This document shows, one piece after another, positions 25,376 to 38,300 of a DNA stretch of 64,000 nucleotides (the first letter of the stretch is position 1; every line of letters begins with the position of its first letter). The stretch spans positions 2,592,001 to 2,656,000 of the forward strand of contig CBDBCZ010000018.1 of NCBI GenBank assembly GCA_965203295.1, read 5' to 3'. The notes beneath the pieces are model-generated. The model ran no database searches and had not been told where the DNA came from. It saw only the letters and a list, made by a program, of their open reading frames with translations. Source of the stretch: Nitrospirales bacterium. Its GTDB lineage: Bacteria; Nitrospirota; Nitrospiria; Nitrospirales; UBA8639. The translations under genes and the position numbers were made by a program.

Positions 25376-27325
25376 TATACCACATTACATCATCTACAAT
25401 AAAAATGATTGGCTAATAAGTATGGGTTACATAGTTTCATAACCCACACTTTTATCAGTTCGCTACGTTGCTACGCAGCGAAGATTGTACGCATGCGCAA
25501 CGTGGTATATATAGGTTAGACATCGAGTCCATGGGATCTACGGGATTTAGAAACCCGAGGGCCCGAGGCTGTAGCGTCCCGAGCGAAGCGAGGGCGCTAC
25601 TAAGGGCCCGAGGGTTTCTAAATCGCGTAGATCCCATTGGACGAGATATCTAACCAATTTAGAGTATAGCAACAGTAACCACGCTGGCGCTTCAGGTAGC
25701 ACAAAGGACCTCTTGAGTGACGAGCTGCTAGAGTGGATACAGGATGCGTCGGACGATGAGCCAGGCTGGTAAGTGGCATGGCCATATGGCGGTGATAATT
25801 GTTATCGTTCGGTATCGAGAGTCTGCTGCCGCTTGCGACTTTCGTCTCGCTTGAATCTGCCATCAAATCGAAGCTTGAATGCGCTTCTCTTTTCTGCAGA
25901 GAGTTCTGTCGGAGTCTTCTCCCATTTTTCTCTACAACGCTGCTAAAGCGGTACGCACGCCACGCTTGCAACGTTTTTGTTGCAATTATGACGTAATTTT
26001 AATTTGCGTTCCGGATATCCTGGGGGTATCTATAGAGTCCACGGTAGGTGGACTCTATGAGATTTAGAGACCATGCATTAACCAATCAAATTGCGAGATT
26101 TTGTAACACTATACTCTAAAAGTCAGATAGACCACACCCACTCGTGTGTTATGCGCTATAACCCACTTGTTTACATTTATCCCTCGGCTTCGCCTCGGGA
26201 TAACCACAAACTCGTGGGTTACATAGGCGCATAACCCACTCTTTGGTGTAGTCTATCCTATACTTATCCCACATTACATCATCTCTAATACATTTTATTG
26301 GATGAGAGCAGGAGGATAGGCGCATATCCTACAGTTCTGTACTGCCTTAGTTACGTATTAGTAACATAACCTCCGGCTACTTCACGATAGTTACGCACAT
26401 GCGCAGTAGTGGGATAAGTCAGATAGACCACGCCCCAGCGGAGGATATGCGCCCAAAATATCCTCCTTGGATACGGTTTTATCCCTCGGCTGCGCCTCGG
26501 GTAAAACCGCACCCGCGGAGGATATATAGGCGCATATCCTCCGCTGTGACGTGGTCTATCCTATACTTATTGACCGAGGAAAGTAATTTTCCCCGAGGAA
26601 GGTCGAGGGCTTTGCCCGAGACCTTCCGAGGGAAAATTACTTTCCGAGGTCAATAATGGAGGTTGAGCCCGAGTATTTGGGTGCACTAACTGACTTAGAT
26701 TATAGTTCGCTCCTGTATTTTGTAAAAAAATTAGCAATACAACACTATAACAAGCAATGCATGTACACAGAAATAATAATAATACTGCTACAGTGTTCAT
26801 TAGGAGCCTTGCATGATATGGGCTGGCTACGCAAGGCTACAGTGTTCGAAGGTAGCAGTCTTGAGAGCTAGTTCGGCGATAGCTGTACATGTCTTGCAAG
26901 ATGCGTGTTCAGAGGGTGAGCCACTCGAGTGAAGGTGCTGATTAAAGAGTCTCTGGGTTTTGTAGCGCTCTTGGAACGTCCCTGGAGTCGCTGCCAACGC
27001 TGCGGGCCGAACGCGTTGGCCTTGACTGGCGCAAGGCAACAGCTTCAGCGATGTAAATTCACTCTTTAGCACAACGCAAACGCCGTTTAGTCAATTCGAG
27101 CTCTTCTGTGCCGTCCACTACCTCCACTCGCATTAGCGTACTCCTCTCCATGCTGAATATTGAAGCGACTGTGAGCATGGCAACGGCTGAACGATTTTAT
27201 ACGCGTTGCTACGCCACCGAGGTTGCTAGGCACGCGTTCGTGCACGTGCACGCGCGTGCTTTAACCTACATTATTGACCTCATTTCTAGCGATTTGATTG
27301 GCTAGTACGCTACTACTATAATCTA
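25376..27325. mobile_element. Stack of four related long-hairpin elements (Crypton-like non-autonomous) inside the Penelope element
   Basis: Hairpins centred at ~25585, ~26190 (CCCTCGGCTTCGCCTCGGGA), ~26492 (CCCTCGGCTGCGCCTCGGG) and ~26612; shared ends AGTCAGATAGACCAC...GTCTATCCTATACT; ATTGG boxes; no TSDs seen. Superfamily is inference. Confidence 0.6.
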
Positions 27326-27443
27326 ATATCCAAAAGCGCTCCCTCAATTTCCGTCTGTCGGTGTCATTATTCCAGATCTTTTCAATCCCCATTACTTTTA
27401 GATCGTCTAGGGAATGATCCTGCAAGTTGAAGTGGGCCGCCAC
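27326..27443 (-). mobile_element. Penelope GIY-YIG endonuclease C-terminal fragment (inverted 3' copy)
   Basis: VAAHFNLQDHSLDDLKVMGIEKIWNNDTDRRKLRERFWI, the HFN...H...RE.FWI end typical of Penelope endonucleases. Confidence 0.85.
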
Positions 27444-27444
27444 T

Positions 27445-29453
27445 AACCGCGATTAGCACTCCTCCACGAATTGTACATATCAGTATCACAATCTTCGGTA
27501 GAGATATCGGCTGTTACAGGTTTCGGATTAATAAAAAGCGACTACTATGACCCACCCACCGAATGCCGTAAAATTTCTTCACGGGGATCCAGCCCATCTC
27601 GATACATTATTACATTCGTCAACATGGAAGAAGTTGAGAACACTGAAGGAGAAAAAAGCAAAACACGGCTCTCATCTAGATTTCTTAAAGAAGACCTCTA
27701 ATAGAAACATCACACCACAAGGCCTGATTATAAAGTTGCCTCTAGAAGCGCTGATCCAACGAGACATCTAAGATCCAAATGGAAGAAGGTCATCAAAGCG
27801 ACACAGATCAAACTCGTGGGCCTACTGAAAGAACACTACAAGCAAACCTGTAACAAGCTGCACAATGAGATCGGTCACTTGGAACGAGAGTTGGTTCACT
27901 CCAGTCCGGGCAGCGCGTCAGCAAGAGCCCTCACGATACTTGACAACAAAATGAAGAGTCTGGAAAACAGGTTAGAAGAGAGAAAGAAAACAAATTGATC
28001 AACCTCGAGAAGTCTAGACTGACAGCGAGAACGCGGCGTCTACGCCCACGAGCCCCTCCCACACTTCGAGACAATAACCCACCATCCCGAACTGTTGTGA
28101 ACCTGTCGGGCAAGGATCTCTCCTCATCCGAGTTGAGTCTATTGTCCAAAGGCCTGAAGTTTGTCCCAAAGCCCCGAGAATCAATCGTTTTCAGTTGAAG
28201 CAGGATCTGGAGAGTTTCGGTCGCAGAATAAGGCTTAGAGAGTTCTTTTATGACCCAGGTTCCAGTGAAGCTGAAAATGACTATCGAGACAGCAGGCGAT
28301 TCGTAGAGAAAAGCAAGTGGTCGCCCCCGAAGAATAGGATCCCAGAGATTGAAACCTACTTGAAAGCAGTAGAGAGGGATGCCTGGGGTCTTTCCAGATC
28401 CATCCGGAGAAAAGACAACCTCACACACATTCAGCGTCAAGCGTTAACCCAACTGAGAAACCGTTCAGACATCATCATAAAGCCTGCGGACAAAGGATCT
28501 GCGATAGTGGTGCTGAGCAAGGAAGCATATATGGCTGAAGCCTACCGTCAGCTCTCAGATACGAGATACTACCGGAAGCTTGACTTGGACCCCACGGCTC
28601 AACATACGGAACAAGTCAGGGAACTCGTTCTAGAGATGTTCAAAGGAGATCACATCAGCAAGGATACGTTTAAGTACCTCACTCCAACCAACCCCCGCAC
28701 TGCCCGGTTTTATCACCTGCCAAAGATCCACAAACAGGGAAACCCAGGTAGACCCATCGTATCGTCATGTGCAGCTCCAACTGAACGCATTTCTGAGTTC
28801 GTCGACTACTACCTACGCCCCCTTGTCGTGCAGGCGCCATCCTACATAAAGGACACGTCTGACTTCTTAAGGAAGCTATCATCGTTGGGACCTCTACCAC
28901 TGGGATCTTTCTTGGTTACGCTGGATGTGTGCTCCTTGTACACTAACATTCCACATGAAGAGGGAATACAAGCTTGCAAATGGGCCCTGCAGACACGCTC
29001 CTCACCAGCCCCACCCACCACTTATTTGGTTCGGATGATTAGACAGTTCCTCGAACTGAACAACTTTGCGTTCAATGGAGAGCATTACCTACAGACCCAG
29101 GGTACCGCCATGGGCACAAGGATGGCACCATCATATGCCAACATCTTTATGGCTGACCTGGAGGAAGCCTTGTTGGCGTGGACAGCAACTCGACCTATTC
29201 TATGGTGGAGATACATAGATGATGTTTTTGCCATCTGGACCGGTGGACAAGACGAGCTGGAGTCCTTTCTCAAACAGATCAACATCTTTCATCAGACCAT
29301 CAAGTTCACTGCGGAATGGTCTACCACACAGGTCTCCTTCCTGGACACTACCGTCATTCTAGATGGAGAGACCACTCAAACAGATCTGTTCACTAAGCCA
29401 ACTGATACCCACCAATACCTATCACCTGACAGCTGCCATCCGAGGCATTGTAC
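27445..29453 (+). mobile_element. Penelope-like retroelement ORF: frameshifted N-terminus plus RT, 3'-truncated
   Basis: ATG at 27547; VVNLS...LSKGLKFVP, IKPADKGSAIVV, FYHLPKIHK..NPGRPIVS, LDVCSLYTNIP, QGTAMGTRMAPSYANIFM, WWRYIDD, KPTDTHQYL..SCHP; cut at 29453 by an insertion. Confidence 0.95.
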
Positions 29454-30223
29454 TGTCACGGAAATTTTGGTCCGGCGGAAAAATTGGTCCGGGGGACCAA
29501 AATTACCGGTCCGGGCGGACCATTTTTTCCTGAAAATTTTGGTCCCCCCGTGAAAATAATGGTCCGATCTGCGCCATAAGCGAATTCTGTCTGCTACTGT
29601 ATTTCCGCTTGATAGAGTGAACTACTACACTAAGGTGGATGGCTACATGATTGAGTATATTGTATTGGCTTGTTTGTTGTCATAGCCTACGGCTACCGTC
29701 AATAGCTTTGTCGTAAGCTTGCCGTGAGCGTATATAGCTAGATCTATACATTTTGTAGCTCCCAGGTCAGTACCACTTCGACCAAGAGAAAATGCTTCGT
29801 CATCTGTGGAACTGCTTCGAGAGAAGGAAGATGTCAATGATTTCATACAGCATGCAAGCTGTAACGGGCCACAGAATCGACTTTACAGTCAGTAGACAAA
29901 TTCCCGGTGTAGCTATACTGCAATCAGTTTGTAGGATATCGGTGCCTGTGACTGAGACACTGTCTCATACCTTTGTATTAAACTACCTAATGGTCAAACT
30001 AAAGGTTGATATTAACTATGCCATGCATACAGTGTCATGTATAAGCAAATTTTCAAGGTACGTAAGACCAACTCTGCTAGAACTTGATGGGCGGACCAAA
30101 ATTTTCAGGGTAGGACCAATTTACCCGGAAAAAAATGGTCCGGGGGGGGGGGGGGGGACCAATTTTTCCAGCGGAAATTTTGGTCCTAGGACCATTTTTT
30201 CCAGGACCAAAATTCCAGTGACA
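29454..30223. mobile_element. TGT...ACA-terminal DNA transposon (Ginger-like, non-autonomous)
   Basis: TIRs TGTCACGGAAATTTTGGTCC / GGACCAAAATTCCAGTGACA with repeated TTTTGGTCC units; no TSD, and the right flank is not Penelope sequence. Confidence 0.7.
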
Positions 30224-30685
30224 GCCCGCTAAACCACTTTCACAGGCGATAGCAACTGGACCGGTGAAGAGCGCGGACTCTCATCACTGGAAAGAAGGAT
30301 CGGGCTTGATGAAGTTCCAGCCATCCCAAACTAATACTTCACTCGACTCGACTATATAAAGTCTACCAACACAACAGCGCACTATTAAAGAAAACGAAGA
30401 GCTCAACGGGGCCTGGGGATGAGAAACTAATACGATAGTCCAAAGTCAAAATTGATAGACCTCAGCTTCCGACTCCACACGTGGCACATAGCTAAGAGCG
30501 GCGTGCGTATTATAATATGTTCTCAAGCGTATCCGTTGTCATGCAATATAATCCACCCCACTTTTGGGCATTTCTTTTTTTTGAATGTTTACGTAAATTG
30601 GGAGGCGGGGCTACGGGGGAGCGTCTCTTTCTCTGCGCATCGCTAATGGCAGTAGTTAGTTTCTATTTCTTGTTGAGTAATTCAA

Positions 30686-30878
30686 TCCAGTCCCACGTTC
30701 CAGTCCATCAATCCAGTCCCACGTTCCAGTCGATCAGGCCAGTCCCACGTTCCAGTCGATCAGGCCAGTCCCACGTTCCAGTCGATCAATCCAGTCCCAC
30801 GTTCCAGTCGATCAGTCCAGTCCCACGCTCCAGTCCCTCGTTCCAGTGGAGAATCCAGTCCAGCGATTAGAGACACCC
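30686..30878. repeat. ~25-bp tandem repeat (CCAGTCCCACGTTCCAGTCGATCA), probably a MITE subterminal array
   Basis: About six consecutive units ending at AGAGACACCC. Confidence 0.8.
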
Positions 30879-33422
30879 ATCCTAGATGTTTCTGGATGTA
30901 GCGATCGCGTTGTGCGGAAGTTAAGGTTGGCGGTATACTGGCAGCGACAGAACAAATCTTCTTCGACTCCTTCACCCCAAACCTAGCTACAAGCCATGCC
31001 ATAAATTCCTCTGGACTAAGGCTGCGCAATGGAGCTACACCGATATCACTTAGTGTCACTTCACTCAGTGATGGACGAGCCGCGGTTATTGTAGAAATGG
31101 ACAACTCTTCCGTTCGGACAAGTACCTCGGCTTCCGACAGGTCTCTAGGGAGCTTTCGCTTCTTTCCAGCCATGGTTCCTTAAAAATTCACACTATTAGG
31201 TAAATACCTACGTTTGAACCGAATTCTCTGAGGGTTTGAATTTGTATTTGGTTCCCGAAATAGATCTCGAGCAACGTATAACGCCTACATGCCGCGTCAC
31301 CCGCCGTTCATACATGTGGCGTCGCCCGCCGGGGGAATTTTACGAGATTGTGTGCATACAATGTATAGTATATAGCACTGCACATGCAGTCTTTTCACCG
31401 CAATCAGTGGAAGAGTGGCTGCAGCTCGCCGTTTCGCTAACCCCGGTCCCGGAGCTAGCTGACAGAAGTGAAAATCCTAGTCCAACTGCGGCTGTCCCTG
31501 CATGGGTTCTAAATCGGTAACAGAACACGCGTACGCCGGTTCGTATCGCAAGTTGCTGGTAGTTATCCGAAAAGAACTATGTCAGGTGAGTCGATTTTGC
31601 TGTCTTGAATCTTCATTAATGCATGCATATGCATGCGGTGTGCATCGTTATGGTCTGACAGCGCTATATTATAGCTGCATGCAGGGTGTAGCCTCCTCAG
31701 GAAAAAGAACAGGAAAAAAAAACAATAACAAAAAACTTTGAAACATATTGCACTAGTTCCATGCACTCCCAGCTTTCTGGTGCATAAATCAGTGGCAGAA
31801 TACATGCAGCTAGCGCTGTCAGACCATAAAATTTTAATGATTATTTTTGAACATTTTTGGTACAATATCTTAGAACTACAATTATAAGGTGATTTAAGGC
31901 AGTGCAATGGAATACTGCAAGCATGCATGTACTCTGACAAAAGCCGAGTAATTCTTAATCAATTGTGTATATCTCATCACTATATGCATATATATTCATG
32001 ATACTACCCAAGCTATATATATTATGTGATTTTCACAGCAATATTACTACAGTAACAATATTGTTTTAAATTAGCAATCCAAAGTATATACCTAATTATA
32101 CCTAATTATAATAAAATCTTCATGAGATATACTGAAGTTGTAGCGTGTGCCTCCAGGTACAAATCTCCTAGTCAATTGCAAATTTTGGCCTCAGGGTCAG
32201 TAAGACACTTCTCACCCCAAACCTTGTATTGTATTGATAATAAGTACTCTGAGTGCATAATTTTTTTACTGCATGCATGGGCCTATACTGGCATTTAAAA
32301 AAAAAAGCCTTGCTAACTTGTGTGCATGGGAATGCAGCTTCCCCAAGGAGTCTCTGTAAACCTTTCCCATGGGAATTGAATTACATCAAAGCTCTAGCAT
32401 GATTTACAGCTTGGCTTTGCAGACAATCTTGCAAACCTCAAACCTCAAAGCCCTACAGATTCTTCGGATTGCTAAGCAATCACATGCTGTAAGTACTGTA
32501 AAAGAAGCAGCCATGTCACTGGTGGGGCCACTACATACCCCAAAACCCATGGTGTGGGTGACTATTAATAATTACCATTATCCCTTGTGCATTCACATGC
32601 AGGGCCACATTAATTAATTAGTTCACTGTAACAAAATGTAGCATCCGGGGGGGGGGGGGGGGGGGGGGGGGGGGTAATAGCTCCAAAGAGAACCATACGA
32701 CATATGAATATCGGGCTTGCACCGTTGCGTTGCTAAGTGTCTGTACTTTCCAACGATATCCAAATCCTAGCGTTTGGAGAGTGTTTTGGCGTCCTTACAC
32801 CGAAAAAAGACAAAATCCACTGTCCGATTATAGAGAGGGTGACACGGCTCTACATTCAATAACACCCCTCCGTGCTCAAAGCAGCTACGATGGCGAAAAC
32901 TTGGCGTGCAGCAGTACGGTAGTGGGGCCTCCCAATAATGAAGAAAGATCACCAAAAGTTGCTTCAGGGAGGAAACACGGAGCGGTGTCCGGCAATACAT
33001 ACTTTTGTCCGATCATAGCTGTGTCCGAATTTCAACTTTGGAAGGCTATAGCTCGAGAACCAAGACACGGAGAAACACCAAACTTTCAACCCGAAGTGTG
33101 CCCACTTCCAGTAATTTACGCGCTCGGCGCTAGCGCGTCGGAATATACCTGGTGGCCGATCATCAGTGGCTTACTCTACTTTTAAACTCCCAAATGCAAT
33201 CTTATCACAAACTGCTACTCCACTGTTCAGTCTTTAACTGCAATTCAAATCCAAAGCAATGTAGGGAAAGTCCATGTACTTTATACTACACTGACCCTGA
33301 GTATTCACTGGAACTCGGTAGAGAGCCTCTGTGGTTTTAATTGACACATGACATTATACATGCATAATATTCTTACATGGCATGGTATTCCTGTACTGTG
33401 ATGTGCTGGGATGTGCTAGTGC

Positions 33423-35325
33423 AGAGAATGTGCAGCAGATTACAATACAATCACACATCACTCTACGTATTTCACTGTATTTTCACAAAGGCTGCAAGAT
33501 GAGTGTGCAGAGGTGGAGAAAGAGAGGGAGTACTTTACCAAGCTAAGGGAAGAATTGCAGCCTGGAGATGGACATGAAGGTGGAGTGCATGGCGCAGACT
33601 CACAATACAAAATCAACTGACTAAACTAGAGCTGGGATATACGTATGGGTCAAAGAATTTGGGTCTAATTTTTTTTTTGTGGCCAGCATACCTGATTGTA
33701 TGGCAATCTGCTGCACATTCTCTATTATACTACGATACGTAACTTTAAGTGCTACTGATTATTAATGGAGTTGTTGTAGGTGTCTACCATATAACTCTTG
33801 CACACGCAATTAATGACAACTTATCAATCTTTCAATTGCTATAGGGTATGTACATAGCAAGTGGTGGAGTTGAACCTTTACAAAGATTTGCAGTGGACAG
33901 CTTTATAATGTTAATGTCAGACAGGGTAAGAACAATCTCAGGCCTTGCGAAATATATATCATCCCAGATTTGGTAGGTATTGGGGTCAAAGTACAAACCT
34001 AACTTATTCTTCTCAGCTTCCAATTCAGCAAGCCTGCACTCTAACTGGGACTCAGATTCATGTCTAATCCGGTTTTTTGCCTAGTAGCAACAAAGGAAAG
34101 GAAAATAAGTTCAAATATTTGCACTGTAATATAACGATCATTGACAAGTCTCACCATTTGGACAGCTTTTTGGAACACTTCAGACTCACTAATGTCTCTA
34201 CTGCCACCTTAAAGAAGCTGAAAATCAAAAAGACAATTGCTACATTATTGTGCATCCAAACTACATGGGTAAGAGTTGACTCAATTAGTCTACCAGGCTA
34301 TAAAATGGTTCGTGAAAACTCTGCAGTTGGTTGCTGGTAGTATACGTATACATCTAACATGATCAGCTGTAATCTAGCAAAAACATGCATATGTACATAT
34401 CACACATACGTATGTTACTTCTCTACATACATCATTCACAAATGGCTTTTACATACCACTCTTTCCAGGTCTGCTATCTTGCCATACAAGGCATCTCTCT
34501 CAGCTTGAGCTTGACTCATTAGCTGTTGGTGGGTCTCCAGAACTGCTGCCTATGAAGGAGAAGTATTGGGAGAATCGTTTACACAGCAGTAGATTCAACA
34601 CGGCAGACTTGTCTCAATTGCACCCTTCTCATTTTTTCCTTTTGAGCTTCCTCCCTTTCTCTTACAAGCCTCTCAATTTCTTCATGACCCAAAATAATAT
34701 CCCTAGAGCAGCAGTATGTAGATGTGGGCTGTATCTCAATTATCGCAAATAGCTAATATGTTTGTACACGTGTTCTAGCTGTTGAGGTGGGTAATATCCT
34801 ATTAATATATAGTATGAACCTGTGTTCAAGCTGTTGCTTCAACTTTGTGATCTCTTGCTGATAGGCTGACAGCAGTGCTTTCTGTGACATGTCCTTGTTG
34901 ATCTGCACAGTGTTCTTGATACTTTTTGCCCTGAGTATTCAAATGTGGATATAGAAAGAGAATACTGCTAAGAAAGAACTGATAAGAAGATAATCAACTG
35001 TTTTAATAAGTGTAAAGACAAACCAATCTGAAGAAAACAAAATTAGCCAGTGACTCTGAACACAACACTAGGTGTGCTAGTAGTGATGGCTGCCAGCAGA
35101 TACGCATACAACTCAACTGTTACTAGTATGAAATATGTATGTGAACAGACTGCTACGTATTTGCATGTAACATTAATTGGAGGATAATAATAGCATGCTT
35201 CCCTTACACCAGAGTAAATTCTCATGCTACATTTTCATTGTGGGTGTAATTACGTGCAAATAAGTACTGGATACTGGTATATTATACGTATGTACATGCG
35301 TACCTCTGTTTTTCCAAATCTTATA
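33423..35325 (-). pseudogene. Kinesin gene fragment, copy 1 (neck and coiled-coil exons; last exon flipped to + strand)
   Basis: Exon 34820-34930 encodes AKSIKNTVQINKDMSQKALLSAYQQEITKLKQQL (kinesin neck-linker pattern RAK.IKN...N..L..Y..EI.KLK.QL); following GT-AG exons are in phase; no motor-domain exons found. Confidence 0.7.
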
Positions 35326-38300
35326 CTGGGTTATTGCTGCATACATAATTCATTGCACTTATGTTTTGTACATGTACAGTACCATTTGGCAAATTTGAGT
35401 GTATTGAGTGATTCTGCATACTTACTAGAGACATGCTAGCTGCACTGTTGTTCACACAAAACCTATCATACGTACACATGTGTGTATGTATGTGAACGTG
35501 CTAGTGTAATACAACTTCTGGCCAGTTAGCAGCCTAACAGATGCTGTCCATGGAAGTGTAAGGTATTAATAGTATTTCCACTTACTTAGTAAACCATAAA
35601 CATAATGCAATGTATAATTAGGAACAGTTAATATGTATACTGTAACCTATCCAACTATATTGTAGACTTCAGATCCGCATATACATACATAGCTCTTTCT
35701 TAGGTGTTGCTACAAATTGCATGGCCTCTTTGACTAACCCTTCAGGGTGTAAGACACGAAGATAGTGCACTGAGCAGCTGGATAAGAAATGCACGCAACA
35801 GCCAATAAAGTACCATGCACCCATTTGAATGTGATGTGCATTGAAAACTGCCAAGTTGATAGCCTGGGTGCACATATTGTAGCCATATGTACTTTCTTGT
35901 CGTTTATAAATATCACTACTAACAGTCCACATGAACAGAGAGCAGAACTGTAGCCATGGGAAGGAAGGACAAACTACGTACATGTATATGGAGCTGACAT
36001 ATACCTGTACATTTAGCAAAAGTGACATACTGTTCATGCAAGTAATGGCTGCCAAGTGGAGGCAGTGTACACTACAACATTCCCAAGTCATTACATTTGG
36101 CTGATCTACTGCTGTTCATACATGTACACAGGCTTTGATTACTCTGCTCCTGGAAGCCACACTGTATGTACTGTATTGACTGGCAGACAATACAAAGAAA
36201 TAATGGGATCAACACAAGAGGGTAATTAATACAGGGTTGAATGCTTTGATACCGTTATAAATCCCTTTCTTCCTTAAATTTTGTTTTGATTGTGCTTTCA
36301 ATTATACGTAAATGGTAGTGTCAGCAATTAATTTGTTTTGGAGTAGGAAGATAATGATCCATTCTTTGAAGCAAGTCAGACTCACTGTTTATCCCCCATG
36401 ACTGAAAATCCTGTACACATAGGTATATATCATGCATTCCTACTTCAGGCCCAGCATCATCCACGTGGACAATTAATTGCAAAATAATTTACAAGCTCAA
36501 TCAGCATTATCTCAAATTATGAAGAGTAGGCTTGAGATAAATGCTATTCTCCAATTCTTTGATTTTTATTTCAAATTATTTCTCAAATAACAGCTTTTGC
36601 TACACTGTAACAAAAATTATTAAGTGAGCATTCTAGGAAAGACAAGTATGATGACACTAATACACCGATCACTTGATCAGACGCTATTGATACTATCATA
36701 GAGTGCTAGCTAGCCACTCAACCAAAGAAAACTATTGCCAGTCCTCTTGCATTGCCGGCGGGAGGGCAGGGCTGGCCCACTCATCTTGGCACATGCCACC
36801 AATAAACGATGAGGTTTGCTACTACTCTAGAATCATGCTTTATGCTAATGTCTTGCTATTATTTTCAGCATAATTATTTCAAGCCTCTAATGATAAGAAC
36901 CTACATGTAAATCTAGCAAGCTGTATTGTAGAGTAAAAGGTGCTATTGAAAATTTAATATACCATTTGAAAGCCCTTTCTCTGCTCTACAAAGTGAGTGG
37001 CTAAAACATGTGTAAGCCAATCCATGGTGGAGGTATGCGTATGGATATACATGCATGTTTTGAACTTCAGGTTGAGCTCTCTTAAAAATCAGTTGTTCAA
37101 CTAATGACCTTTTTAGCCACTCACTTTGCACTTCTACTATTACTCTAAGTGCTTCCTAAGTGGGAAGTGGTTAGGACTAAGTGGCCATGCTTAATAATAT
37201 TTGCCCTTCAAACTGAGGTGGGGTCCATAACTTCACCTAGGGAGTAGGTATGCAAAATCTGAATATCTCAAAAGAAAGCCCATTCAATACACTGCATCAT
37301 GATAAAAACTCACCTGCATAGAGAAAGAAACAAAAAAGTTATGAGCAAATTATGTCGACCACCACAATATGGTTAAACAATCCCTTAACTACAAAGGGCT
37401 ACAATGCCGCATAGTTTCTTCATCAAGTGAAAGCACTATCACCCTGTAGAAACAGTTTAGTGACAATGAATATCCTGCATGACAACTACTTCAGTGGTGT
37501 AGCCTCACAAGGTGCTGTATATGCAAAGCAGTACTCAAAAGAGAATGAAGACTGTACTACACTACGTAGCTAGCATGTGTGTAGTTCACTGCTTCTGTGC
37601 AGTCGCTTATAATATATACTCATGTTGCGGCCATAACACTTACATCATTGACCACGCACCCACATACACAGGCGGAGCTTGCAAGACCTCCAGTCAGAGG
37701 ACAAGAGAAAGAGCAACCACATGTTTAATTAATCAACCAGTACCATCCTGATTGACATATAATTTATTCTTCCAGATTAATAATATTAACTCTTAACTAC
37801 AGTCACTAATGCTGAGCATGAACATTTGTTTGTGGGTGGATAGATAGAGGTACTGATTGCTAGAATACTACCAAGGTTCTCACCACTATCCCAGGGGCTT
37901 GGGAAGGTGTTTCGGGATACGGAGGCTGGCGCAAGAGTCTGCACAGCGGCAGAAAGTGTTTCCACACAGTGCAGAAAAAAAATTTGGGACTGATTTGGCA
38001 GCTACAAAGAAACAGCAGTGACACTGTGTGAGCGCCACGGAGCCGGGGTGAAAAAAGACTGACTATGCCTCTGGGCTACCATATCAATGCAAGAACACAA
38101 CAGTTGTACAGTGCAGACAGTTAACTGGGTTAGTAATTCTTCATTGGCACAATTTTTAGGTGGACACAGCAACCTGCTTCCTGCATTCAGCAGGGCTTCA
38201 GCCCCCGCTTCCTATGCCGGTGCATATGTGTGTATGCTACTCACAATGCTATCTACTACATGAAATAGCTACGTACAGTAAAGATTAGCATTGGTAATAG

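Noticed and set aside
30686..30860. CRISPR-like array
   Set aside because: Contiguous tandem repeats without unique spacers, no cas genes, eukaryotic context.
32646..32674. Poly-G runs (also ~59281-59317) as G-quadruplex elements
   Set aside because: Simple homopolymers of unreliable length; nothing supports function.
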